Part shown: one piece after another, positions 30,938 through 40,696 of the stretch
How the letters are laid out: every line of letters starts with the position of its first letter
Position numbering within the stretch: the first letter of the stretch is position 1
Assembly (NCBI RefSeq): GCF_007751715.1
Contig: NZ_CP036292.1
Span: forward strand, 3,849,339 to 3,913,338
Source: Rosistilla oblonga
GTDB lineage: Bacteria; Planctomycetota; Planctomycetia; Pirellulales; Pirellulaceae
DNA length: 64,000 nt
Direction: 5' to 3'
The notes under the pieces: model-generated
What the model was told of the DNA's origin: nothing
The model's database searches: none
The model's input: only the letters and a program-made list of their open reading frames with translations
Program-made: the position numbers and the translations under genes

Positions 30938-33071
30938 CGTTTTGGTTTTGGGTCAGTTCTCTGACCATTGGTTTATCAACGGCATCGCGATCCTTGCGGT
31001 CGCGATCATCGGATTGCTCTTTCTGCTGGCCAGTTTCGCCGCGATGGCGAACCAGTTCTACCGCAAGGTCGGCCCCGACGAGGCGATCGTTCGAAGCGGT
31101 TGGGGCAAAATTCGAGTCGCCACCGGCAACGGTATCTTTGTCGTTCCAGTGATCCATCAATACGAGAAGATGGACCTGACCTTGAAGAGCTTCGAAATCG
31201 CCCGCGAAGGTTCCGAGGGTTTGATCTGCCAAGACAACATCCGCGCAGACATCAAAGTTGCCTTCTTCATCCGCGTCGACAAGAGCGAAGAAGAGATCCG
31301 CGAAGTCGCGCAATCGATCGGCGCCAAACGCTGCAGCCAGATCGATACGCTGCGTGAACTGTTCGACGCCAAGTTCAGTGAAGCTCTAAAAACCGTCGGC
31401 AAGCAGTTTGACTTCGTCGACCTGTACGACAAACGCGATAACTTCAAGGATCAGATCCTGAAAGTCATCGGTACCGATTTGAACGGCTACCGACTGGACG
31501 ATGCGGCGATCGACTTCTTGGAACAGACGCCGCTGGAATTGCTGAACCCCAACAACATTCTCGATGCCGAGGGTATCAAGAAAATTACCGAATTGACCTC
31601 GAAAGAAAAGGTCAAAGAGAACGCCTTCACGCGTGAAAAAGAGAAGACGCTGAAGCAACAGGACGTCGAGGCGGAAGAGACGATTCTGCAGCTGGAAAAG
31701 CAACGCATCGAAGCTAACGAAAAGCAACAACGCGAAGTCACCGAGATCTCCGCTCGCGAACGCGCCGCGGCCAAGAAGGTTCAAGAAGAACAACGGCTGG
31801 AGTCCGAACGAGCTCGGATCACGACCGAAGAGGAACTGGGCGTCGCCAACGAAAACAAGGAACGCCAGGTCTTGGTCGCATTGCGTGCCAAGGAACGCAC
31901 CGACGGGATCGAACAGGAACGCGTCCTGAAGGATCGCGAATTGGAAGCGACCGAGCGTGAACGCGTCGTCGGCATCGCTCAAGTCGAAAAAGAGAAGGCG
32001 ATCGAAGTCGAGAAGCGGAACATCCAAGAGGTCATCCGCGAACGCGTGGCCGTCGAACGAGCCGTCGTCGAAGAACAGGAAAAGATCAAGGACACCGAAG
32101 AGTTTGCGGCGGCGGACCGGCTGAAAAAGGTTCAGATCACCGCGGCGTCGATGACCGCCGAAGAATCGTTGATCAAAGAAACCAAGGCGGCCGAAGCGGC
32201 CAAGATGGCGGCCGAACTGTTGGCCGACAAGATCCGCATCGAAGCCGAAGCGTCTCGCGACCGTTCGGAAAAAGAAATGCAAGCGGCCAAGATGACGGCC
32301 GAAGCCGATGCAGCGAAAGCCGCAGCCAGCGGATTGGCTGAAGCCAAGGTGCAAGAAGCCCGCGCCGCATCGATGGAAAAAGAAGGCACCGCCGAAGCGG
32401 TCATCATCGAAAAGAAAGCTGTCGCCGAAGCGAAGGGTATCGAAGCCCGTGCGACTGCGATCGAGAAGGAAGGCTTGGCCGAAGCCAACGTCATGCAACA
32501 GAAGTACAGCAGCGAAGCGACCGGTATCACCGAGAAGGCCGAAGCGATGAAACTGCTGGACGGTGTCGGCAAAGAACACGAAGAGTTCAAGCTCAAACTG
32601 GACAAGGACAAGCAGGTCGAGATCGCGGCGATCGACGCACAACGCGGCATCGCCGAATCGCAAGCCGGTGTGGTTGGCGAAGCACTCAAAGCCGCTCGCA
32701 TCGACATCGTCGGTGGCGATGGCGAGTTCTTCGACCAGATCACTTCGGCGGTCAAGGGTGGCAAGGCGATCGATCGCTTTGTCTACAACAGCCGCGTAGC
32801 GACCGACGTCAAACAGACCTTCTTCAACGGCGACCCCGATTATTTTCGGGACAACCTGATGGACCTGGTCAACAAGTTCAACCTCAGCACCGACGACATC
32901 AAGGATCTTTCGATCGCCGCCTTGATCGCCAAGCTGATGGGACTGGCCAATACCGATGAAACCCGCAACCAACTGGGCAGCCTGTTAGGGATGGCCAGCA
33001 CCGCTGGGATCACCGAACGCAAGGTCGGTAAACTGGAAGCGAAGCCGTTGCAGAACGGGGCGAAGAGCTAA
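30930..33071 (+). CDS. Flotillin-family SPFH/Band-7 protein (YqiK/FloT-like) with a very long Glu/Ala/Lys-rich coiled coil
   Basis: The N-terminal membrane anchor is 'INGIAILAVAIIGLLFLLASFAAMA'. The SPFH core is 'VRSGWGKIRVATGNGIFVVPVIHQYEKMDLTLKSFEIAREGSEGLICQDNIRADIKVAFFIRV'. About 350 aa of EA-repeat coiled coil follow it, as is typical of flotillins. Confidence 0.85.
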   Translation: MSSVLVLGQFSDHWFINGIAILAVAIIGLLFLLASFAAMANQFYRKVGPDEAIVRSGWGKIRVATGNGIFVVPVIHQYEKMDLTLKSFEIAREGSEGLICQDNIRADIKVAFFIRVDKSEEEIREVAQSIGAKRCSQIDTLRELFDAKFSEALKTVGKQFDFVDLYDKRDNFKDQILKVIGTDLNGYRLDDAAIDFLEQTPLELLNPNNILDAEGIKKITELTSKEKVKENAFTREKEKTLKQQDVEAEETILQLEKQRIEANEKQQREVTEISARERAAAKKVQEEQRLESERARITTEEELGVANENKERQVLVALRAKERTDGIEQERVLKDRELEATERERVVGIAQVEKEKAIEVEKRNIQEVIRERVAVERAVVEEQEKIKDTEEFAAADRLKKVQITAASMTAEESLIKETKAAEAAKMAAELLADKIRIEAEASRDRSEKEMQAAKMTAEADAAKAAASGLAEAKVQEARAASMEKEGTAEAVIIEKKAVAEAKGIEARATAIEKEGLAEANVMQQKYSSEATGITEKAEAMKLLDGVGKEHEEFKLKLDKDKQVEIAAIDAQRGIAESQAGVVGEALKAARIDIVGGDGEFFDQITSAVKGGKAIDRFVYNSRVATDVKQTFFNGDPDYFRDNLMDLVNKFNLSTDDIKDLSIAALIAKLMGLANTDETRNQLGSLLGMASTAGITERKVGKLEAKPLQNGAKS

Positions 33072-33088
33072 CCAGCTGACAGCCCGAT

Positions 33089-33127
33089 CGCCCCGAGGGA
33101 TTCCCTGGGGGCGGTCGTCATTTTTTG
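33089..33127 (+). terminator. Possible leaky intrinsic terminator between flotillin and the giant ATPase gene
   Basis: Imperfect hairpin gccccgaggga/tccctgggggc, followed by 'gtcgtcattttttg'. Confidence 0.35.
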
Positions 33128-33307
33128 CACCATGCTTCCACGCCGTTGCATCGACGTTTTCTGCCCAGCCGACGGAGCATCGCCTCCGCTCGCGCTGGCA
33201 AACGCGTTTGCTGACAGCCCAACAAACGTTGGCCGCCGCGGCTCTCAGTCAATCGAACACCGCCGCCCCATCGGGACGCCGCACCGCACGGGGATGAACG
33301 AACACCT

Positions 33308-36300
33308 ATGAGCGAAACAAAACTTGCTGCCGGAACGTACGAGATCCTCCGCAACCGGATGCGCGATGCGGCTGGTGATCTCCGTTCGCGGTTGGACCAG
33401 CTCAACGCCGACCGCTCCGAAGTCTTCGGCAACATCGACACGGTCCTGCTGGCGACCGAGCGAATCACCACTGAACACAACTGTGTGCCGCGCGATCTGT
33501 TGCCCGTCGGCAAGCATTTCCTGTTTGGATACAACGTCCAATTTGGTCTGAAGACCGAAACCCATCTGAACGACGTCTTCGCCGTCTATCGTTTCGAAGA
33601 CCACCAGTTCCACGAAGAGTCGCTCGAATTGATCGGCGACGAACGTTTCGAACGCGACTTCCACGAGATCTATCGCTACTACAAAGGAGCGGCGTTCGCG
33701 AAGTTCTTTCAGACCGGCCCGTTCGTCCACATGGTCTTTCGCGTCGGCAAAAATCCGTCCGATATCAAGACATTCAAATGGCGGATCCAAGCCAATCAAC
33801 TGCAATACATCGATAACCGCAGCGATCACGAGGTCCGATACCCGCCGCAGCACGAATTCCTTTGGAAGCGGACGACGCGCGATCAACACGTCGCTGGCGT
33901 GCATCCCCATATCTCGATCGAAGACCAAGTCTTTGTCGAAACCGTTGGCGGCGACCTTACGATCAAAGTCGAAAACAGTACGCAAAGCGGCCGCGGAATC
34001 TACGCCGAACCTGTCGATAACGCCGACCAAACACTCGACGATGCGGAAACCTATTACGCATTGTTGGGCAATCTGATCCTACTGAAGATCCTCCCCTATC
34101 AAGAGCGCAACTACCGCTATCTGCTGTACAACGCCAAGATCCAAAAAGCGATGCGGTTGGATGCGATCGAGCACTCCTGCGTCCTGTTGCCCGACGATCA
34201 CGGGATCATCTTCCCCGACGGCTATTACCTGCAGACCGGCGAATACAAGATCTTCGACCACGGCCTGACCGATCTGATCTATGAGAAGACGATCGCCGCC
34301 CCCAACGGCGAAGACTTCATCTATCTGTTCTACAATCGCGCCAGCGGTGCCTATGTTCAACTGCGTTACAACCTGATCCGGCAACAAGTCGAAACGCCAT
34401 TGGTTTGCCATGGCCAAGCGTTTTTCCACGCCGGCGAAATGGTTTGCTTCAAAGGACAAGACGACCAACCGCAGAAGCACCACGCGCTGCAGATCTGGCA
34501 AACGCCCTTTGTCGGATCCGACTTCGTCCCCGACAGCAACACCGATTCGCTGCTCTACAAGATCGGCAACAAAGAACTTGTCCGCGGGATGGCCGAATGC
34601 CATGAGATCCTGCAGCTGGTCGAGAAAGACGATTCCTACGAGGGTCTGTACGTCGATCTCGTCAAAAAGACTTCCGACATCCTCGACAGCTACTTTTGGT
34701 TAGACAAAGCCGAAACGCATCACCCCGATCAACCGCTGCGAGCGATCGGCGAGGCATCGAAGAGTGCTGTCGAAGAGTTTGAAAAAGTAGTCCGCCTGCG
34801 CCGCGAAACCGAAGCGGCAACCGTCGTCGTCGAAGAAGCGGTCACCGAGTTGCTCAAGGCGATCGACCGATCGCGTTTCGAAGCCGTCGATGCCTTTGTC
34901 ACGCGACTCGCCGAACTGCGGACGCAGCGTGGCCACGCGATTGGGCTCCGCGAATTGCGGTACGTCGACGAAGAACGTATCGAGAAACTGGAATCGCAAA
35001 TCGGCGAACAAGCCGATCGGCTGAGCCGCCGCTGTGTCGAATTCATGTTGTCCGACGGGGCGTTGGAACCGTACGAGGCGCGGGTCGAAAAAGCGGCTGC
35101 GTCCGTCCAAAGCATCGAAAAGGTGACCGACGCAAAGCGGCTGGAAAAGGATATCGACGAAGCCGGCAGCCAATTGGAACTGCTGACCGAAACCGTCAGT
35201 AACCTGCAGATCGAAGATACGACGAAGCGGACCGAGATCATCGATGGAATCAGCGACGTCTTCGCTTCGCTGAACCGAGTGCGTAGCGCTCTGAAGGCTC
35301 GCATGGGCGATCTGGTCCGGACCGAGGGACGCGCCGAGTTTGCATCGCAGTTGAAACTGTTGGATCAAACCGTCAACGGTTACCTCGACGTCTGCGATTC
35401 GCCTGAAAAGTGCGACAACTACCTGACCAAGGTGATGGTCCAACTGGAGGAACTCGAAGGGCGATTCGCCGAATTCGATGAGTTTGTTGGCCAGTTGGCG
35501 GAGAAACGCGAAGAGCTTTACAACGCGTTTGAATCGCGGAAAGTTCAGCTTGTCGAAGCCCGAAACCGCCGTGCCGAAGCGCTCGGTTCAGCTGCCGATC
35601 GGATCCTGAAAGGGATCGCATCGCGGATGAAATCGTTCGACACTGTCGACACGATCCATGCCTATTTCGCCGCCGACCTGATGGTGGAAAAGGTCCGAGG
35701 CATCGTCAACCAGCTGACGGAATTGGACGATACCGTCCGCATCGAAGACATTCAAAGCCGACTGAAGAGCGTCCGCGAAGATGCGATCCGGCAATTGAAG
35801 GATCGCCAGGAACTGTTCGTCGACGGCGGCACCGGGATCAAATTGGGCAAGCATCAATTCGGCGTCAACACCCAGACGTTGGATCTGACGACGGTGATGC
35901 GGAACGATCAACTGAATCTCCACCTGACGGGGACTCAGTTTTTTGAACCGCTGTCGCATCCCGATCTCGATGACGTCCACGACTTGATGAATCAGGAAGT
36001 GGTCAGCGAAAACCGCGATGTCTACCGCGGCGAGTACTTGGCCTATGCACTCTACAATGAACTGTCGCAGCCGGCGCGGCGAAAGCACGTTGCGAAAGAT
36101 TCCGAAACATCGCAGGACGACGACGCGGCAGAGGAAGCCGCCGAATCGAACCGCGACGACGATACCGCGCCGCACATGGACAAGCGGACTTTCGAAAGAC
36201 TATCCGAAGCCGAACAGATTCGTTGGGTGCAACAGCAGATGTCGGGGCGTTACTCCGAAGGCTACGCCAAGGGTGTTCACGACCACGACGCGGCGAAGCT

Positions 36301-38671
36301 GTTAGCCGCCTTGCTGAAGATCGACCGCACGATCGGTCTCGCCAAACATCGCCCCGACGTCCGAGCGGCGGCTTGGTATTGGTGGTCGCATCTGTTGATC
36401 GGCGGCACGCGGAAGATGTACACCGGCTGGATCGGGGGCTTTCAAAAATTGGCCCAGGCGTTCCCACAAGCCCAGCCGGCCGTCGAGTTCCGCGCCCGTT
36501 TGACCGCGGAAATCGCTGACGATCCGACGTTCGCTGACCTCTTTGCCGATGTCCGGCCCGAGGAAGCTGCCGCCTACCTATTCGATCAATTGGTCGACCC
36601 CAGCGATCTCCCAGTCGTTAGCCGTCGCGCGGCGCGGTTGTATGAGGATTTTTGCGAACACGTTGTCGGGGAAGAGCGGCAGAGTTTGGTCGCCGCGGGC
36701 CTAAAAGACAACGCCAAACAGCCAGCCGAGTCGATGGTCTTGGCTCGCAACTGGTCTGCAGCATTTTTGGCAATGCATGACGATCACGACGGACTCGATT
36801 CGAACGATCTCTATCGCGACGAACTGGCGCGGCTGCTGATCGACGGTGCTCCCGATCCGGCTCAGATCTCCGACGCGCACGTCGCGGTCGAACTGACGAA
36901 CCTCGCTGGCGCCCATCGCCGCATCAACAAGGGGCAGATGACGCTCCGCTATCACGACATCTTCCAACGCTTGGGACACTTCACGCGTGAGACCGTTCCG
37001 CGTTTCCAACGTTTGCACGACACGAAGCAGCGTCTGGTCGACGAGGCTCGCGACGCGATGAAGCTGGAAGAGTTCCGGCCGCGGGTCCTAACCAGCTTTG
37101 TTCGCAACCGCTTGTTGGACGAAGTCTATCTGCCGATGATCGGCGACAACCTGGCGAAACAGATCGGCGTGGCGGGCGAAGGGAAGCGGACCGATCGGAT
37201 GGGCCTGCTGCTGCTGATCAGTCCTCCCGGTTACGGCAAGACGACCCTGATGGAATACATCGCCAATCGGCTGGGGATCATCTTTATGAAGATCAACGGC
37301 CCGGCGATCGGTCATGGCGTGACCTCCTTGGATCCCTCGGAAGCTCCCAACGCCGCGGCTCGCGAAGAGATCGAGCGGCTGAATCTGGCGCTCGAAATGG
37401 GAGACAACGTGATGCTATATCTGGACGATATCCAGCACACGCATCCCGAACTACTGCAGAAGTTCATCTCGTTGTGCGATGCGACGCGAAAGATCGAAGG
37501 CGTTTGGAAGGGCAAGACGCGGACCTACGATTTCCGCGGCCGACGCGTTGCCGTGGTGATGGCCGGAAACCCGTACACCGAAAGTGGCGATCGCTTCCAG
37601 ATCCCGGACATGCTCAGCAATCGCGCCGATGTCTACAACCTCGGCGAGATCATCGGCGATTCGGCTGAAGCGTTCGAGATGAGTTATCTGGAGAACTGTC
37701 TGACCAGCAACACCGCCCTGCAACCGCTGGCCAGCGCGAGCCCTCGCGACGCCCGAACGTTGATCCGCGCGGCAACGCTTGGTTCGATGGAAGGGATCGA
37801 TCTGGAGAGCAACCTGTCGATGGATCAGGTTCGCGAGATGTACAGCGTGCTGCGGAAACTGATCAAGGTTCGCGACGTCGTGCTGCGAGTCAACCGCCAA
37901 TACATTCGGTCGGCCGCCCAGGCGGACGCCTACCGCACCGAACCGCCATTCAAATTGCAGGGAAGTTACCGCAACATGAACCGTATCGCCGAAAAGGTGG
38001 TCGCGGTGATGAACGACCAAGAACTGCAATCGCTGATCGTCGGCAACTACGAACAGGATTCGCAAACGCTGACGACCGACAACGAATCGAACGTTCTGAA
38101 GTTCAAAGAGTTGATGGGAATCCTGACTCCCGAAGAAGCGGAGCGTTGGGAAGCGATCAAGTATGCGTTTTCCGAAAGCGTCCGTTTCCAGGGGCTCGAC
38201 AGTGGCGATCAAGTCGGCCAATTGATGAAACAGTTGGGCGGATTGCGCGACGGATTGGAATCGATTCGCCGCGTGATGGTTCAAGCCGTTGCCGGCAACG
38301 ACAACTCGCAAACCGATCGGCTGCACGATGAACTGGCTTCGTTGCGCAATGGGATGCTGGCCGTTGGGCAACAGTTGAGCGAGACGCTCGGCAGCACCTC
38401 GACCCAGCTGACGACCCTCGCTCAACAAAACTCGTCCGGCCCACCGCCTCAAAAAGTAATGGTCCAGCACAAAGTGCCGCGCGTGATGTTGGATGTCGTC
38501 AAAACGCAGTTCCAATTGATGCAGCAATGGATTCCATTGTTAACCGCCGTGGGAACCAAAGGCCCCGAATACGATAACATCGCCAAAGCTGTCGACGCGT
38601 GTCTAAAAGACTACCAACGTCTGCAAGAAGATCTCACGTCGGCGGCGAAGCCGGGGAAAGCGAAGAAATAA
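33308..38671 (+). CDS. Giant (1787 aa) soluble multidomain protein with a dynein/MoxR (AAA_5)-like AAA+ ATPase module near the C-terminus. The overall family is unknown.
   Basis: The ORF is continuous over 5.4 kb on the same strand as NfeD and flotillin. Walker A is 'LLISPPGYGKTTLMEY' (nt ~37222-37260). The Walker B-like motif is 'VMLYLDDIQH' (nt ~37411-37440). The AAA_5-like sensor segment is 'VAVVMAGNPYTESGDRFQIPDMLSNRADVY'. There is no signal peptide or TM helix. There is an acidic insert 'SETSQDDDAAEEAAESNRDDDTAP' and extensive predicted coiled coil. Confidence 0.7.
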   Translation: MSETKLAAGTYEILRNRMRDAAGDLRSRLDQLNADRSEVFGNIDTVLLATERITTEHNCVPRDLLPVGKHFLFGYNVQFGLKTETHLNDVFAVYRFEDHQFHEESLELIGDERFERDFHEIYRYYKGAAFAKFFQTGPFVHMVFRVGKNPSDIKTFKWRIQANQLQYIDNRSDHEVRYPPQHEFLWKRTTRDQHVAGVHPHISIEDQVFVETVGGDLTIKVENSTQSGRGIYAEPVDNADQTLDDAETYYALLGNLILLKILPYQERNYRYLLYNAKIQKAMRLDAIEHSCVLLPDDHGIIFPDGYYLQTGEYKIFDHGLTDLIYEKTIAAPNGEDFIYLFYNRASGAYVQLRYNLIRQQVETPLVCHGQAFFHAGEMVCFKGQDDQPQKHHALQIWQTPFVGSDFVPDSNTDSLLYKIGNKELVRGMAECHEILQLVEKDDSYEGLYVDLVKKTSDILDSYFWLDKAETHHPDQPLRAIGEASKSAVEEFEKVVRLRRETEAATVVVEEAVTELLKAIDRSRFEAVDAFVTRLAELRTQRGHAIGLRELRYVDEERIEKLESQIGEQADRLSRRCVEFMLSDGALEPYEARVEKAAASVQSIEKVTDAKRLEKDIDEAGSQLELLTETVSNLQIEDTTKRTEIIDGISDVFASLNRVRSALKARMGDLVRTEGRAEFASQLKLLDQTVNGYLDVCDSPEKCDNYLTKVMVQLEELEGRFAEFDEFVGQLAEKREELYNAFESRKVQLVEARNRRAEALGSAADRILKGIASRMKSFDTVDTIHAYFAADLMVEKVRGIVNQLTELDDTVRIEDIQSRLKSVREDAIRQLKDRQELFVDGGTGIKLGKHQFGVNTQTLDLTTVMRNDQLNLHLTGTQFFEPLSHPDLDDVHDLMNQEVVSENRDVYRGEYLAYALYNELSQPARRKHVAKDSETSQDDDAAEEAAESNRDDDTAPHMDKRTFERLSEAEQIRWVQQQMSGRYSEGYAKGVHDHDAAKLLAALLKIDRTIGLAKHRPDVRAAAWYWWSHLLIGGTRKMYTGWIGGFQKLAQAFPQAQPAVEFRARLTAEIADDPTFADLFADVRPEEAAAYLFDQLVDPSDLPVVSRRAARLYEDFCEHVVGEERQSLVAAGLKDNAKQPAESMVLARNWSAAFLAMHDDHDGLDSNDLYRDELARLLIDGAPDPAQISDAHVAVELTNLAGAHRRINKGQMTLRYHDIFQRLGHFTRETVPRFQRLHDTKQRLVDEARDAMKLEEFRPRVLTSFVRNRLLDEVYLPMIGDNLAKQIGVAGEGKRTDRMGLLLLISPPGYGKTTLMEYIANRLGIIFMKINGPAIGHGVTSLDPSEAPNAAAREEIERLNLALEMGDNVMLYLDDIQHTHPELLQKFISLCDATRKIEGVWKGKTRTYDFRGRRVAVVMAGNPYTESGDRFQIPDMLSNRADVYNLGEIIGDSAEAFEMSYLENCLTSNTALQPLASASPRDARTLIRAATLGSMEGIDLESNLSMDQVREMYSVLRKLIKVRDVVLRVNRQYIRSAAQADAYRTEPPFKLQGSYRNMNRIAEKVVAVMNDQELQSLIVGNYEQDSQTLTTDNESNVLKFKELMGILTPEEAERWEAIKYAFSESVRFQGLDSGDQVGQLMKQLGGLRDGLESIRRVMVQAVAGNDNSQTDRLHDELASLRNGMLAVGQQLSETLGSTSTQLTTLAQQNSSGPPPQKVMVQHKVPRVMLDVVKTQFQLMQQWIPLLTAVGTKGPEYDNIAKAVDACLKDYQRLQEDLTSAAKPGKAKK

Positions 38672-38982
38672 CGTACCGGTCCACTTTGCGTGTTCCGTCT
38701 TGGCGTACTGATACCAGCGCGCGAACCACTTTAGCGTTTGGCGATTATGGCGAGGCGAGCAACGCCCAACAAACCCGAATGCCGCGTTGGCGACAGAACG
38801 GACGGCCTGACCGCAATGGATAGACAAAACAAGTGGTTGGGAAGATTCAGTTGAGCCAAACGGCGTCTGCGGAGACAACAAACCTTCCGCAACCCTTTTC
38901 CTATTCCACGCTCGATTGCTGCTCCGCCTATTGGTTCGTCGTGGTGCACGGAGCATCGTCGTCCCTGGGCGGAGCGCTTCGC

Positions 38983-40347
38983 TCACTCAAGCAATGCTTG
39001 CGCGGCCTCTGGCGGTGCTGGCGGATAGACTTCGCCGGGATCGGGCAGTTGGAACTGACCGCTCAGCCATGGAATCGCGAGGTATCCCTTGAAGTAGTGA
39101 TGCGCGGCATGCACGTTGGCGTAGTCCAGCCATTCGGTTGAACTCAGGCCCTCGGGGATCGTTTCGCCATCACGTCGATTCGCCGGATCATCGTATTGCG
39201 GGTAGTAGTGGATCGAAACGTTATCCGCTGCTCCGGCGATCTGATACGCCTTGCGCACGAGGTTCAATGAATGGGTCGGTCCGCCTTCGGTCACGATCAG
39301 TGGACGCGGCGCGATGGCGGCGACCAAGTCGGGATAGTCGAACCACTGCCACAGTCCCGGAACGGAGTGGCCTAACCAGTTCGCGCCGGGCCTGATCCCA
39401 CGGTGGTTCGGCTTGGTACTGGCTTTTGCCCGTTCCCTCGTGGCGGCGAGGTAATCGTTCCACACGACGCCTTGGATCTGCGGGTCGAGCACGGCCAGCG
39501 CCAGCAGAGCCTCCGTTCCGAGTGAATGGCCACTTACGGCAATGCGTTCGGCGTCGACGTTCGGCTGCTCGCGCACCCACTCCAAAATCTGTAGCTTTTG
39601 GAACACAGAGAGGGCGATAAAGCTGCGTCCCATGTCGATCAGGTAGCGGGAGATTGTATTGCGATCGTCCATCGTGGTGCCTCGATAACGGGCCAGGTCG
39701 GACAGTTCTCCGGTCCCTGGATGATCGACCGCCACTGCGACAAAACCAGCTCGGGCATATTGCACCGCCTGCTGGTTACGCTGCGCGTGAAGCCAGCCAT
39801 CATGATTGCGGTCATCGGGCTTGAATGCCGGCCCCAGCGGCGGCTCGCCGGCCAGATTCTCTTTGGTCCCCGATGAACCGGGGATGCACATGATCGCCGG
39901 TGCCGGATTTGCGGGTGTCGCGCTATTGGGGACCAGTACGAGGAAGGGAACGACGCTGCCCGGTTCGGGATAGAGTTCCCATTTCTGCAGCACATACCCT
40001 TCCCGTTTTCGAATCCAAAGCCTGCGTGGTTCGGGCTGAGCGACCGGTTCCGGGAAATTCATCAACTCCAGCAACTTGGCCCGCACCTGCAACTGCCACT
40101 GCGCGAATTCATCCGATGTGAACTCCGGGTCGAATGCCAGTTTCGGTTGCGAGTTCCGTAACAGATACTGCTGGAATCCCCGTGTACTCAAATGACGCCC
40201 GTCAGCGCGTCCGCTCCGTATTACGCTCTCTTTCTCGACGTCCAACTTCTGCCCCAACGCGGGCATAACCAGTGCAAACATCCACACAGCGGTGGCAACG
40301 GGACGAGAGATGGCGATCCTTCGCCTAGTCAGGTGGGTCCTAGTCAT
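38983..40347 (-). CDS. Secreted alpha/beta-hydrolase (esterase/peptidase S9/CocE-like)
   Basis: The signal peptide is 'RRRIAISRPVATAVWMFALVMPALGQ'. The nucleophile elbow is 'VSGHSLGTEALLA' (GxSxG). Length is 454 aa. Confidence 0.7.
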   Translation of the reverse strand: MTRTHLTRRRIAISRPVATAVWMFALVMPALGQKLDVEKESVIRSGRADGRHLSTRGFQQYLLRNSQPKLAFDPEFTSDEFAQWQLQVRAKLLELMNFPEPVAQPEPRRLWIRKREGYVLQKWELYPEPGSVVPFLVLVPNSATPANPAPAIMCIPGSSGTKENLAGEPPLGPAFKPDDRNHDGWLHAQRNQQAVQYARAGFVAVAVDHPGTGELSDLARYRGTTMDDRNTISRYLIDMGRSFIALSVFQKLQILEWVREQPNVDAERIAVSGHSLGTEALLALAVLDPQIQGVVWNDYLAATRERAKASTKPNHRGIRPGANWLGHSVPGLWQWFDYPDLVAAIAPRPLIVTEGGPTHSLNLVRKAYQIAGAADNVSIHYYPQYDDPANRRDGETIPEGLSSTEWLDYANVHAAHHYFKGYLAIPWLSGQFQLPDPGEVYPPAPPEAAQALLE

Positions 40348-40696
40348 GATATCTCCAGGAGTCGATCAGGTGGGTGACAATCTCATCCGCAACGAAGACT
40401 CGACGGCCTACGTACGGATGATTGTCTCTAATTTGAGGGGCAGCCTCAGATCTGGTATCGATGTGTTTGCCAGAACACGCAATTCCAGAATTCGAGAGCT
40501 GATATGGGCGAATGTACCAGATATTTGAAGCGTGAAGGAAACCCCAAATGGATTGCAGACCGTTCTGTGCTCCCTGCCGGGGACTGCGTTTGATTGCGAT
40601 ATTGCAACCGATGGTGTTCGCTCCGCTCAAACCACCGGCTATCTTCTAGGATTCCGTCGGGATCAGAATTGGGAGCTTGCGGTTTCTCTTTCATTG

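Noticed and set aside
31386-32972. 528-aa and nested 210-aa ORFs on the - strand
   Set aside because: Both are antisense to the flotillin EA-repeat coiled-coil region. They are low-complexity Leu/Phe/Gly-rich translations generated by codon periodicity.
33245-34030. 261-aa ORF on the - strand
   Set aside because: It is antisense to the N-terminus of the giant AAA+ gene and has no motifs.
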